DNA of 64,000 bases, taken from positions 12,212-76,211 of the IMG/VR virus record IMGVR_UViG_3300048930_000409; one strand, written 5' to 3'. Position numbers and translations under genes: made by a program. Shown here one piece after another: positions 9,789 to 18,673 of this stretch (positions are counted from its first letter, which is position 1; the number at the start of each line of letters is the position of its first letter). The DNA is from a virus. Under the pieces are notes generated by a model. The model had not been told where the DNA came from. It ran no database searches and saw only the letters and a list, made by a program, of their open reading frames with translations.

Positions 9789-9968
9789 ATGCCTGAAGAA
9801 GAACGAATTCTGCATTTCTACTGGCTGCCTACGAATGCGGTGGCTTGCGGACGTCCGGGGCAGACGCCCATCGCATTCAGTTCGGCATTGGCCGAGCGCG
9901 TGACGTGCGAATCGTGCCGGATGACCGAGCTCTGGAAGTACGTCGCTCGGACGCGGGGTGTCCGGTGA
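9789..9968 (+). CDS. small zinc-binding hypothetical protein
   Basis: AAAGG RBS; H...ACG...VTCESC. Confidence 0.5.
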   Translation: MPEEERILHFYWLPTNAVACGRPGQTPIAFSSALAERVTCESCRMTELWKYVARTRGVR

Positions 9969-10363
9969 CATGGATCGCGCCGTGGTACCAGCGCCAGCGT
10001 GAGTACCATCGCTCGGCCGAGTGGGGGACCGCCGCCGTCGCACGGGTGAAGTTCGCAGCGGGGGAGGCGTGGTCCGCCGAGGATTACGCCGACCTGATGC
10101 CGCCGATGCCTGATCTGTCGACGCACGCCACGCGTCAGCGGTCCGTCGTTCACATCAGGGACTGGCGGACCGGAGACGTGACGTACATCTGTCTTGGCGA
10201 CATGACGGTGGACGCGATTCTGTTTCAGCAAGGAAAGCTGCGGCCCGACCGGACCGCGTTTGATGAAGCCTGGCATACCGCCTACGATCAGGAGCTCGAC
10301 TACCGTGCCCAAGTCAGTGCCTACGAAACGCAAACCCACGGCCGCTACGACGGCGCAGGTTGA
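9965..10363 (+). CDS. hypothetical protein
   Basis: GTGA overlap; about 100-nt overlap with next gene. Confidence 0.45.
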   Translation: MTWIAPWYQRQREYHRSAEWGTAAVARVKFAAGEAWSAEDYADLMPPMPDLSTHATRQRSVVHIRDWRTGDVTYICLGDMTVDAILFQQGKLRPDRTAFDEAWHTAYDQELDYRAQVSAYETQTHGRYDGAG

Positions 10364-11360
10364 GGAGGCGTTCTACATTCTGGAACGCGACGGCATCACG
10401 TTCTCGCTGCTGTCGACGTTCCGCGACTGCCGGTGGAAGGCCCGCAACTACATGAAGGGCATCACAAAGATGTCCATGGGCTTCCCCATCGTCTTCGGCA
10501 ACATCGTCCACGCCGCGCTGGAACACGCCTACCAGGGTGTCCGCGACGGCGAATGGGAGGGAGTCATTCCCCGGCCCGTGTTGGGTAATCTGCTTGACAC
10601 GTTGGAGGGAACGTTCAAGAAGGAAAACCCTCGGATGAATGCCGAGTTGACCCAGGACCTCGAGCTCACCATGCTGATGACACAGCAAGTGTTGCCCCGG
10701 TATTTTTCGTTCTGGTGGGAACGGGATAGCGAGCTCACGTGGCTCGAGACCGAGCAGGAGTTCAAGTTGCCGTGGGCGATCACCTTGCCTGCGGTGTCGG
10801 TGAACGGTATCTGGCAGCCCCGCGTGGTCAAGACGTACTTGCGCGGGAAGATCGACGGGTTGTTCGAGCGTGCGTCCGGGGTCGGGTCGTTCGAGACCAA
10901 GACCAAGGGCCGTGTCGAGCCGGGCAACCTGATGTCCATGTTGCCGTACAATCTGCAAGTCATGATCTACTTGCTGGCGGCCGAGATCCTGTACGGCAAA
11001 ACGCCGACGTCAGTGATCTACAACATCGTGCGACGCCCGCAACTGCGACAGAAGCAGTCCGAGAACCTGGCGCAGTTCGCGCAGCGCATCGGTGAAGACA
11101 TCGATGATCGGCCCGACTTCTATTTCATGCGGATCAACATGGACCTCGAGCCGAACGACCTGAAACGGGGTCGGGCGAACCTCGACGACTTGCTCCGTGA
11201 CTTCGTGCTGTGGTGGATCGGCGAGGGCGGGCACTACCCGAACGACAACCACTGCGAAAACAAGTACGGGACGTGCGAGTTTCTGAACTGGTGCGACGGG
11301 AGCATGCGGAACCAGTACTACATCCGGCCGAAAATGTTCAGCGAATTGGGGGACGTATGA
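10263..11360 (+). CDS. PD-(D/E)XK (RecB/Cas4-like) exonuclease
   Basis: FGNIVH, EQEF, GKIDG, ETKT, QVMIY; N-terminal Cys plus C-terminal C..C..C cluster. Confidence 0.85.
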   Translation: MKPGIPPTIRSSTTVPKSVPTKRKPTAATTAQVEEAFYILERDGITFSLLSTFRDCRWKARNYMKGITKMSMGFPIVFGNIVHAALEHAYQGVRDGEWEGVIPRPVLGNLLDTLEGTFKKENPRMNAELTQDLELTMLMTQQVLPRYFSFWWERDSELTWLETEQEFKLPWAITLPAVSVNGIWQPRVVKTYLRGKIDGLFERASGVGSFETKTKGRVEPGNLMSMLPYNLQVMIYLLAAEILYGKTPTSVIYNIVRRPQLRQKQSENLAQFAQRIGEDIDDRPDFYFMRINMDLEPNDLKRGRANLDDLLRDFVLWWIGEGGHYPNDNHCENKYGTCEFLNWCDGSMRNQYYIRPKMFSELGDV

Positions 11361-11854
11361 GCAATGAAACGCCCGTGTTGACGAAAGAACAGCGAGAGAG
11401 ATTGACGAGAATCGCTCGCAACTCCATGGTCGGAGGAGACCTCCAAGCGGTACTCGCTGCCCTCACCGCCGCCGAGCAGCAGGTGACGGAGCTGCGGCGG
11501 GAGCGGGCCGACCTTGGCGCTCAACTCTACGCGCAGACCGAGCGGGTCAAGCACCTGCTCGACACCATCGACGTGGAGCGCACTGGGCGCAAGGAAGCCG
11601 AAGCCGCCCGCGACGTCGCGCGGGAGGAGGCCGAAAAGTGGCGCACTGCCGCCCGCGTGCTCTGTGGTGCCCATGTTGGCGTTCCGCAGGCGACGTGCCC
11701 GGTGTGTGACCTCGCAGCCGCGCGGGAGGAGACGGCGAGGCTGAGAGGTGCGCTCGAGTTCTACGCTACTCACCACAGCGGCTACGGCGCAACGGCCAGA
11801 GCTGCCCTCACCCCCACCCCGCCCCAGCCCGCGGCGCGGACGGAGGAGGGGTAG
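11357..11854 (+). CDS. coiled-coil hypothetical protein (cassette gene)
   Basis: Ends in repeat-encoded QPAARTEEG. Confidence 0.65.
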   Translation: MSNETPVLTKEQRERLTRIARNSMVGGDLQAVLAALTAAEQQVTELRRERADLGAQLYAQTERVKHLLDTIDVERTGRKEAEAARDVAREEAEKWRTAARVLCGAHVGVPQATCPVCDLAAAREETARLRGALEFYATHHSGYGATARAALTPTPPQPAARTEEG

Positions 11855-11857
11855 ATG
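11825..11857 (+). repeat. cassette junction repeat copy 1
   Basis: CAGCCCGCGGCGCGGACGGAGGAGGGGTAGATG, containing RBS, stop and start. Confidence 0.9.
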
Positions 11858-12070
11858 ACAGTTGTAACGATTGATTGCGGCGGCGGTTGCCGCTACGAGG
11901 TGCCTGTGTATCTCATCGCTGAAGTGCATCACGGCTTTGGCGGATGGGGCTCCAGTGGCGTACGCCGCGTGACGCTCACGACCGGCAAGGTGTACACCGA
12001 AGTCGAGAACCTCGATGAGATTCGACGTGCCATCGCCGAAGCACCGGAGCCCCCGGCGGTGCCCCGATGA
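11855..12070 (+). CDS. hypothetical protein (cassette gene)
   Basis: Starts at the repeat ATG. Confidence 0.6.
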   Translation: MTVVTIDCGGGCRYEVPVYLIAEVHHGFGGWGSSGVRRVTLTTGKVYTEVENLDEIRRAIAEAPEPPAVPR

Positions 12071-12438
12071 CCCGCGAAGCCGCCCAGTCCGCGGCCCGCG
12101 CCCTGCTCGACGCGATGGCGGGGACGACGCCAAAGGGATGCTCTTACACAGCCCCGACATTCGGCGCGAATTACCCGGATGGCGTGTGTGTCGAGGGCTA
12201 CTTGTGGGATGCCGACTCCGGCGACTCAGACGGAGATGGATGGGTTTACACGAGCGGCGGAGAGATCCCGTGCCCGTTCTGTAACCGAGGCGCGGCCATC
12301 GAGGCGTGCGCGGAGGAGATGGCTTTCGACAGCCCGAACGAGCGCCACAGGTCGCACCACTTCAGGAAGCGGGCCGAGAAGCGCATCGACACGCACCTGC
12401 ACGACATGCAGCTTCGCTACGGACCGTTCAGGCGATGA
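12067..12438 (+). CDS. hypothetical protein with Cys motifs
   Basis: FGANYPDGVCVEGYLWDADS...PCPFCN; ATGA overlap. Confidence 0.65.
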   Translation: MTREAAQSAARALLDAMAGTTPKGCSYTAPTFGANYPDGVCVEGYLWDADSGDSDGDGWVYTSGGEIPCPFCNRGAAIEACAEEMAFDSPNERHRSHHFRKRAEKRIDTHLHDMQLRYGPFRR

Positions 12439-12511
12439 CAACCAAATACATCGCCCGCGCCTGCCCCGCCCGCCTCGGGCCGGTGCTGCGGGCGCTGATG
12501 GGGAGGACTAG

Positions 12512-12736
12512 ATGAGCACCGTTGTGATCAACCCGAACGACACCGCGGATGCCGTTAAGCGAAGGTATCAGGCAGTGTACGGCGAGGACGCCTACGACCG
12601 CCTTGGCGACGATGAAGACGCGTGCCAGGACGAACCATACGGGTATCGGGCGCGTCTGCTGGCGAAGGCGCACGCGTTGCTCCACCGCGAAGAAGGCCGA
12701 AGCATGTACGGAGAGCCGCCCGAGGCCCCTCGATGA
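12512..12736 (+). CDS. hypothetical protein (cassette gene)
   Basis: GGAGG RBS. Confidence 0.6.
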   Translation: MSTVVINPNDTADAVKRRYQAVYGEDAYDRLGDDEDACQDEPYGYRARLLAKAHALLHREEGRSMYGEPPEAPR

Positions 12737-12777
12737 CCCGCCCACCCGACTTCGACTTGGGGACGGCGGAGGGGATT

Positions 12778-12801
12778 GCGCGGACGGAGGAGGGGTAGAT
12801 G
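12778..12801 (+). repeat. cassette junction repeat copy 2 (24 nt)
   Basis: GCGCGGACGGAGGAGGGGTAGATG. Confidence 0.9.
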
Positions 12802-13029
12802 GCCTGCACAGGAATCTCCGCATCGTGGTGCCCTGAGTGTGGCAACTGCACCTGCCCATACGACGAGGCGGTCGGCTACATCGGCGACAGGGACACGCCA
12901 GGATGCCCGCTCCATGACCCGAACTCGCCGCACGCCGAGTGGAAGTTCTTCTGCGGTTTGGAGCAGGCCGAGTCAATGCCGCCACTGGTAATGCGAAACC
13001 AGCCCGCGGCGCGGACGGAGGAGGGGTAG
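12799..13029 (+). CDS. Cys-rich hypothetical protein (cassette gene)
   Basis: Bounded by repeat copies 2 and 3; WCPECGNCTC...CPLH. Confidence 0.65.
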   Translation: MACTGISASWCPECGNCTCPYDEAVGYIGDRDTPGCPLHDPNSPHAEWKFFCGLEQAESMPPLVMRNQPAARTEEG

Positions 13030-13032
13030 ATG
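13000..13032 (+). repeat. cassette junction repeat copy 3
   Basis: Identical to copy 1 over 33 nt. Confidence 0.9.
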
Positions 13033-13317
13033 AGTTCTTGGATACAGCATGTCTCGCGACCGGCGCCGCACGTCCCAGTGCCGTGCTCGTATTGCTCGAC
13101 GCCTGCGATGTCGCGCACATCGAACTGTGTCTCATGCGGCGGGCCCTTGGTGTGGCCCGACATCGTCGAGGAATACATCGAGCGCCGCATCGACATCAGC
13201 CGTGATATTCTCGACGTGACGAGCATGGGTGACACGTTTCAGACGTTTCAAGTAGGAAAAAAAACCGCCATTTTGTCAGAAACCATCGTGCGGTCGTCTG
13301 TGCAAAAAACCAGTTGA
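13030..13317 (+). CDS. zinc-ribbon hypothetical protein (cassette gene)
   Basis: CSYC...CVSCG; starts at the repeat ATG. Confidence 0.55.
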   Translation: MSSWIQHVSRPAPHVPVPCSYCSTPAMSRTSNCVSCGGPLVWPDIVEEYIERRIDISRDILDVTSMGDTFQTFQVGKKTAILSETIVRSSVQKTS

Positions 13318-13343
13318 CGCAGGGTGTGGCATGTTCCATGATG
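13314..13343 (+). promoter_or_regulatory. sigma70-like promoter for the modification/replication operon
   Basis: TTGACG followed at normal spacing by CATGAT-GG, preceded by an A-tract. Confidence 0.55.
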
Positions 13344-13462
13344 GTGTTCCACCGGGCGGGGAAACACGCAGTGGATGGGCACGCGGACGGTCCTCGAGGC
13401 ACTCCGATACCCACGACCTGATGATGCCCGCCCGGTGACTGTTCGAGATACTCGAGGACTTC

Positions 13463-14320
13463 GTGAACTATACTGAAGAGATCGTCATCATCGGCGGCGG
13501 CATGGTCGGGCGCGTAGCCCAGCGATACATGCCGGATGCCTTGATTCTGGATTGGGGGCCGCCCCCGGTCGCCACGCCCCGGCCACAGACGTACGGCGCT
13601 ATCTACTGGTGGGAGCCAGTTGCCGACCTGCCGTGTGTCCAGTTCCAGGTCCTGACCACCATCGACGGCGAGACGCCCACCCCCGAGGGCATTCGCGCGT
13701 ACAAGGAACGCGTGGGCAAGGGATTCGAGGTCCAGACCCGGCCCGATGCCGTCGCCCGGCAGTTCCAGCCGCTGTCGCACGGGTATGCGCCGACGTCGTT
13801 CCCAGCGCCGTCCCGCATCATGTACCGCGCCAGAGTCGAGCGTATCGACCCCGACGTCCGCATGCTGCACATGGTGAACGGGGACACGTACCTGTACACA
13901 CACCTGGTGTCGACTATCCCGCTGCCGGCGCTGCTGAAGATGCTGCCGTTCGACGCCGTCGATCAGTTCGAGCATATGGAGTTCCGGTCGCGCCCCATCT
14001 TTGTCACGGTTGCTCCTGACGACCATGAAGCCCGCACCGTGCTCCAGGTCAACTACTCGACGACGGGCAATGCTTACCGCGAGACGCGGCATCTGGACGG
14101 GTCCACCCATCGGGAGTATGCTTCGGCGCCGATGTACACCGAGTTGCCCGTGAAAAAGCTGGTGCCGGGGCGCATCTACGACGCTTTGCAATCCGCCGAA
14201 CTGTTGCTGCACCTGCGTGGGATGGCCATCCACAGCTTCGGCCGCTATGGTCGGTGGGACTCGGACGAGTTGCTGCACATGACCGACGCCCAGCTCCGGA
14301 CGTTCGCGTCACTTCTCTAG
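13463..14320 (+). CDS. FAD-dependent oxidoreductase-like protein (HemY/UDP-galactopyranose mutase-like fold)
   Basis: IVIIGGGMVG Rossmann motif, YTHLVSTIPL, C-terminal FGRYGRW. Confidence 0.7.
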   Translation: MNYTEEIVIIGGGMVGRVAQRYMPDALILDWGPPPVATPRPQTYGAIYWWEPVADLPCVQFQVLTTIDGETPTPEGIRAYKERVGKGFEVQTRPDAVARQFQPLSHGYAPTSFPAPSRIMYRARVERIDPDVRMLHMVNGDTYLYTHLVSTIPLPALLKMLPFDAVDQFEHMEFRSRPIFVTVAPDDHEARTVLQVNYSTTGNAYRETRHLDGSTHREYASAPMYTELPVKKLVPGRIYDALQSAELLLHLRGMAIHSFGRYGRWDSDELLHMTDAQLRTFASLL

Positions 14321-14328
14321 GAGACATC

Positions 14329-14463
14329 ATGAAGATACTTCGTGCCCTTTGGCGCCTGATCGTCAGCGACGACAAGCCATTCAGTCAGGAATGGATGGAT
14401 TCCCTCAAGTACGACCGCCAGGGATGGGCGGACGCCCCCTCATGGAAGAGGCTGGGACGATGA
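14329..14463 (+). CDS. small hypothetical protein
   Basis: AGGAG RBS; ATGA overlap. Confidence 0.5.
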   Translation: MKILRALWRLIVSDDKPFSQEWMDSLKYDRQGWADAPSWKRLGR

Positions 14464-15431
14464 GCGAGTGGGGAAAGATCTGGCACGACCAGTACGGGTT
14501 CAATCGGAAGTTTCGGCCCGACCCCGAGACGGACGCGGAACGAGCCGAGCAGGTCAAGGACATTGCCCTGTTGATGCAGTCTGAGATCCATGAGTTGCTC
14601 CAGACCGTGGCGTGGAAGAAGCATCGGAAGGACACCCGGCACCGCCCGAACATGGCGCATAGCCATGAAGAACTCACGGACATCTTCAAGTACTTCGTAA
14701 CGCTGTGCAACCTGTTTGATGTCACGCCAGAAGCGCTCCAGCGCTTGTACTGGGCTAAGTCGGCCGTGTGCGAGCAGCGATATGTCGAAGAGTGGGTGTC
14801 CGACTACGCGCGGGGCAACCTGCGGGCCAAGGTGGCCATCGTCGACCTGGACAACGTCATCTTTGACTACATCGATCACTTCGGCAACTTCCTGTACCTG
14901 CAGCCCCTGGGCGACGACGTACGGCTGACTCTGATTCGCCTGATCGGCGAACGCAAGTGGATCAGCGCCGAGTCGACAGGCATTCCGGTGTCGGTGTTCG
15001 AGGCGTACAAGCACATGTACCGGACCAGCGGCGCGAAGGCGCACCTGCCCTTGATGCCGTACGCCAAGGAATTTATGCAGGCGCTTCGCGGGTTGGGATA
15101 CGTCATCATCGTTGTCACGTCACGGCCGATTGACCGCTACCCGAACCTGATGATGGACACGATTGCCAGTCTGAACCGACACGGCCTGCCGTACGACCAC
15201 GTCTGGCACGGCCCGTCAAAGAAAACCGTCCTCGTCGAACGGCTGTCGCCGATGCCGTCGCAGATCTTCGCGATCGACGATGACCCGAAGTATGTCCAGG
15301 AATACGTCAGCCTGGGCATTCCTGTCTTCCATGTGTTGAACGGAGGGACGACCCCGCTGACACAGACGGTCGGGCGCGTACCCGTCGCCGACCTGGAAGA
15401 TGCGTTGAACTGCCTGCACCTGATCGGATAG
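14460..15431 (+). CDS. all-alpha dNTP pyrophosphohydrolase (dimeric dUTPase/MazG-like) fused to a HAD 5'-nucleotidase-like domain
   Basis: SEIHELL..VAWKKH...EELTD; then DLDNV, VTSR, IDDD HAD motifs. Confidence 0.85.
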   Translation: MSEWGKIWHDQYGFNRKFRPDPETDAERAEQVKDIALLMQSEIHELLQTVAWKKHRKDTRHRPNMAHSHEELTDIFKYFVTLCNLFDVTPEALQRLYWAKSAVCEQRYVEEWVSDYARGNLRAKVAIVDLDNVIFDYIDHFGNFLYLQPLGDDVRLTLIRLIGERKWISAESTGIPVSVFEAYKHMYRTSGAKAHLPLMPYAKEFMQALRGLGYVIIVVTSRPIDRYPNLMMDTIASLNRHGLPYDHVWHGPSKKTVLVERLSPMPSQIFAIDDDPKYVQEYVSLGIPVFHVLNGGTTPLTQTVGRVPVADLEDALNCLHLIG

Positions 15432-15436
15432 CACCC

Positions 15437-16591
15437 ATGCCTGACTACGCTGACGCGGGCCACCGCCCGCACGCCGACCACCGGGGGGAGACCCCTGACT
15501 TCAAGATCACGAATGGCCCCGAGTCCATTTCCGTGACGCTGGACACCTGGGGGCCTCGCGACTACTACTCCGCGATGTTCGACTACCTCCAGTCGAACTG
15601 GGGCGGGGCGCCGTCGCGGATTCAGGAGGCGTTGGACCACCCAGAAATTGACGTCGACCACGATGTCGAAGTGTACCTCGACGCGTGCTTCGGCGGGCGC
15701 ACACTCCAGCAAGTGTTGGAGGGCATCACGTTCTGGTTCACCATCGACGGCGTAACTCGCGCCATGACTCATGAGATGGTGCGTGCTCGGTTCGCCGCGT
15801 TCATGCAGCATGGCGGGCGCGACAACGACTGGCGCCATCGGGACTGGACCATGCCCGAGACGATCCGCCGGGCCTCAGGCGCTCGCATGCCGCCGCATCC
15901 CACAGCGCCCTGGGACGGCAAACGAGGAAAAGACCGAGTCGACGCCAAGAACCAGTGGCTGAGAGAACAGCTTGACGCCGACCCGACACTCCGGTGGACG
16001 TGTATCACCGACCACCAGCCTGTCGAAGCGCTGCTCGGCGCCTACGACGAAATCCTGCCCGATGACCGGTTCGGGTTGCAGGATGTCATCGAACACCACC
16101 TCCGTGAAGGCAAGCGCATCTACGCCGCGCTGGTCGACGCAGGCATACCGTGGCAGGACGCGCGGCGGCTGCTGCCCATCGGCACGCAGACGTACATCCA
16201 CGGGATTTACAACTTCATTTCGTTGCGCGACTTCCTGGCCAACCGGATGGAGTTCATCATGGACTGGGAAATCAACTGCGTCGCGCAGCTGATGTACCGC
16301 GAGATCCTGATGAAGTGCCCGCCTCTCATCGGCAAGTACCTGGGGTCGCACTCCGACCGCCAGGGCCGTGCCGCGTTCGCCGGACTGGACTCGTGGCCCC
16401 CGGACATGAAGTACCAGCCCACGTTCGAGCAGGAAGACCCCGTGCTGACGCCGCGCCAGCATCGCCGTGAGCAGATGCCGTTCTGGGTCCTGGCCCAGTC
16501 GTCGTTGGACGGCGGGCCGGTGAAGTGGATTCCCACGAACGGCACCTACCCCCACGACCATCCCGACGCCCCCAAGCCGAGGACTCGGTGA
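15437..16591 (+). CDS. divergent ThyX (flavin-dependent thymidylate synthase) family protein
   Basis: FTIDGVTRAMTHEMVRAR, GIPWQDARRLLP, FLANR..WEI match the ThyX fold; RHRx7S signature altered to RARx7G. Confidence 0.8.
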   Translation: MPDYADAGHRPHADHRGETPDFKITNGPESISVTLDTWGPRDYYSAMFDYLQSNWGGAPSRIQEALDHPEIDVDHDVEVYLDACFGGRTLQQVLEGITFWFTIDGVTRAMTHEMVRARFAAFMQHGGRDNDWRHRDWTMPETIRRASGARMPPHPTAPWDGKRGKDRVDAKNQWLREQLDADPTLRWTCITDHQPVEALLGAYDEILPDDRFGLQDVIEHHLREGKRIYAALVDAGIPWQDARRLLPIGTQTYIHGIYNFISLRDFLANRMEFIMDWEINCVAQLMYREILMKCPPLIGKYLGSHSDRQGRAAFAGLDSWPPDMKYQPTFEQEDPVLTPRQHRREQMPFWVLAQSSLDGGPVKWIPTNGTYPHDHPDAPKPRTR

Positions 16592-16714
16592 CCGTGCGGC
16601 GGGTCCACCCCCTGAACGCCTGGTTCCTGGGGGTGTTGGAGAAGCACCACGGGGCTGACCTGGACAGCCTCGCGGGATACGGTGACGACCATCAACGAAG
16701 TGACGAGGAGTACA

Positions 16715-17614
16715 ATGGCGAAAGTGAAGCGCATGCCCCCGAAGAAAGCCGGCGACGTGTTGGCCAAGGCCCCCAAGGCCAAAGCCGACGACGCCCCGGC
16801 GTTCGCCCTACCGACTGACCTGTCGGAGCCGTCCGATTCGTTGCAGGATTACAGCATCCTGCTGTACGGCGCGAAGAAGATCGGCAAGACCACCTTGGCG
16901 TCGATGTTCCCTGGCGCCTACTTCCTGATGACGGAGCCGGGCGGCCGGGCGCTCCGCATCTACCAGACGCCTGTCACCACGTGGAAGACGGCCAAGGACG
17001 CGTTGCGGGCGCTGGAGAAGAACCCCGGCAAGTTCCGCACCGTCGTCGTCGATACGGTCGACATGCTGTACCAGCTGTGCTTCGCGCACGTCGGCAAGAT
17101 CGAGGGGTGGGATCACCCGTCCGAGGAAGCGTGGGGCAAGGGATGGGCGGCGCTCCGCAAGGAGTTGTCCGACTACATCACGCGCCTGATGGCGTTGCCG
17201 ATGGGCGTCGTGCTGATCTCCCATGCCACGGAGAAGGAGGTCCAGAAGAGGGACGGCACGAAGTACGACCGCATCCAGCCGACCATGTCGGGCATGGCCC
17301 GCGACTTGGTCGAGGCCATGGTCGATATCTGGATGTACTACGACTACGACGGCGAGGAGCGCGTGTTGCTGCTCCAGGGAGACGACCACATCGCGGCGGG
17401 CCACCGCCTGCAGGAACACTTCAGGGCACCGGACGGCGTCCGGTATGTGCGGTCGGTCCCCATGGGGAACGCGCCTGAAGTGGGGTTCAAGAACCTGATG
17501 GCGGCCTTCGACAACACGTTGCCGGTCCCCGACGACGTCGACGAGCCGCCGCCCGCCGTCGCGGCCCCGAAGGCCGTGAAGAAGATGGGCGTCAAGAAGA
17601 AAGCGAAGGCGTGA
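16715..17614 (+). CDS. AAA_24/Sak4-like phage ATPase (recombinase)
   Basis: LLYGAKKIGKTT, VVVDT, WGKGW, LISH. Confidence 0.85.
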   Translation: MAKVKRMPPKKAGDVLAKAPKAKADDAPAFALPTDLSEPSDSLQDYSILLYGAKKIGKTTLASMFPGAYFLMTEPGGRALRIYQTPVTTWKTAKDALRALEKNPGKFRTVVVDTVDMLYQLCFAHVGKIEGWDHPSEEAWGKGWAALRKELSDYITRLMALPMGVVLISHATEKEVQKRDGTKYDRIQPTMSGMARDLVEAMVDIWMYYDYDGEERVLLLQGDDHIAAGHRLQEHFRAPDGVRYVRSVPMGNAPEVGFKNLMAAFDNTLPVPDDVDEPPPAVAAPKAVKKMGVKKKAKA

Positions 17615-17760
17615 TGGCGACATCGACCAATCCCCGTGACTGGAAAATCGAGTTGGCGTTGCTGCTCCGCGAGTTGACCGAGATCGCCAAGGTCGCGCGG
17701 GCCAGTTTGGAACAGGAAGCCGAGCACGCTCGGAAAATTCGGGAACGGTCCACGCGATGA
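17614..17760 (+). CDS. small coiled-coil protein
   Basis: Coupled overlaps on both sides. Confidence 0.5.
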   Translation: MATSTNPRDWKIELALLLRELTEIAKVARASLEQEAEHARKIRERSTR

Positions 17761-18671
17761 AGGTCAGCGTCAAGCGCGTCGGGTCGCGGCCGGTCGACCA
17801 TCCGTCCGAGGACCGCCCACAGCTGTGGCAAAAGTCCATGGCGGTGTGCATCCCGTCCTCGGGGCGGCCCGCGCTCTTGGCTAAGACGCTGCACACGCAA
17901 CCGTTCCTGAACGACCGGTCCACCTTCATCGGCGTGGCCACTCACGAAGCCGCCGAGTACCGGACGATGCTTCGCACGGTCGCGCCGTCAGTCCGACTGG
18001 TGACGTACGACAACCCCGAGGGGTCTATTGCGGTCTGCCGTGAGCACTTGCGACAGGCCGCGTTGGACGCCATTCCTGGCGGCCGGATGGACCGCTTCTG
18101 GGTCGTCGTCACGGACGATAACGCGTCGTACTCGTACACGGCGCTCCAGACCTTGGTCGGGGTCGCGTCGTCGTGGCGGGAGCAGCCCTGCATCGTCGCA
18201 GGGATGCACGGCACGGCGGCGCACTTCGACCGTCACCGCATCGGAGAAATGGAGGTGCATGCCGGGTATCGATCCTATCCGCAGGTCGCCATGATCTTCC
18301 AAGTCTACCCCGCGTCGATGTACGCGGACTACGCGTATCCCGCTGATGCGTATGGACTGGATGACCGGCACCTGGCGTTTTGGGCCATTGCGAAAAAAGG
18401 TTTGACCCGTAGTCAATTCCGCGTTGCAATGGACGCACCGTTTCGGAAGTCGCGGTACCAAGCTGGCGGGCAAGGCGACGCGAGGAAACGGGCACGAAAG
18501 ACGGGGCTGGCCATCGCACGGTTGGCCCTGGACTTCCCTGAATTGGTCGGGACACGCGGCACGTTCCCGACTCCATGGCAAATCATCTTTGCCCTTGCCG
18601 AGGGCAAGCAGGTTGACCGGTTGGCGGCCGGCAGCATGCGTAGTGAATCCGCCTTGATCCACCAGGAGTAG
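17757..18671 (+). CDS. GT-A fold glycosyltransferase, TET-associated (TAGT/GREB1)-like DNA base glycosyltransferase candidate
   Basis: VCIPSSGRP, R-helix, VVVTDDN, LDD, AGG motif order. Confidence 0.7.
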   Translation: MKVSVKRVGSRPVDHPSEDRPQLWQKSMAVCIPSSGRPALLAKTLHTQPFLNDRSTFIGVATHEAAEYRTMLRTVAPSVRLVTYDNPEGSIAVCREHLRQAALDAIPGGRMDRFWVVVTDDNASYSYTALQTLVGVASSWREQPCIVAGMHGTAAHFDRHRIGEMEVHAGYRSYPQVAMIFQVYPASMYADYAYPADAYGLDDRHLAFWAIAKKGLTRSQFRVAMDAPFRKSRYQAGGQGDARKRARKTGLAIARLALDFPELVGTRGTFPTPWQIIFALAEGKQVDRLAAGSMRSESALIHQE

Positions 18672-18673
18672 TC

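Noticed and set aside
10263-11360. Cas4 as part of a CRISPR-Cas system
   Set aside because: No other cas genes or array; such nucleases are routine in phage recombination modules.
11825-13032. Direct repeats as a CRISPR array
   Set aside because: Spacing is hundreds of nt and irregular, the intervals are genes, and the repeat contains an RBS, stop and start.
15437-16591. Assigning the symbol thyX
   Set aside because: Signature residues are altered, so canonical function is unsupported.
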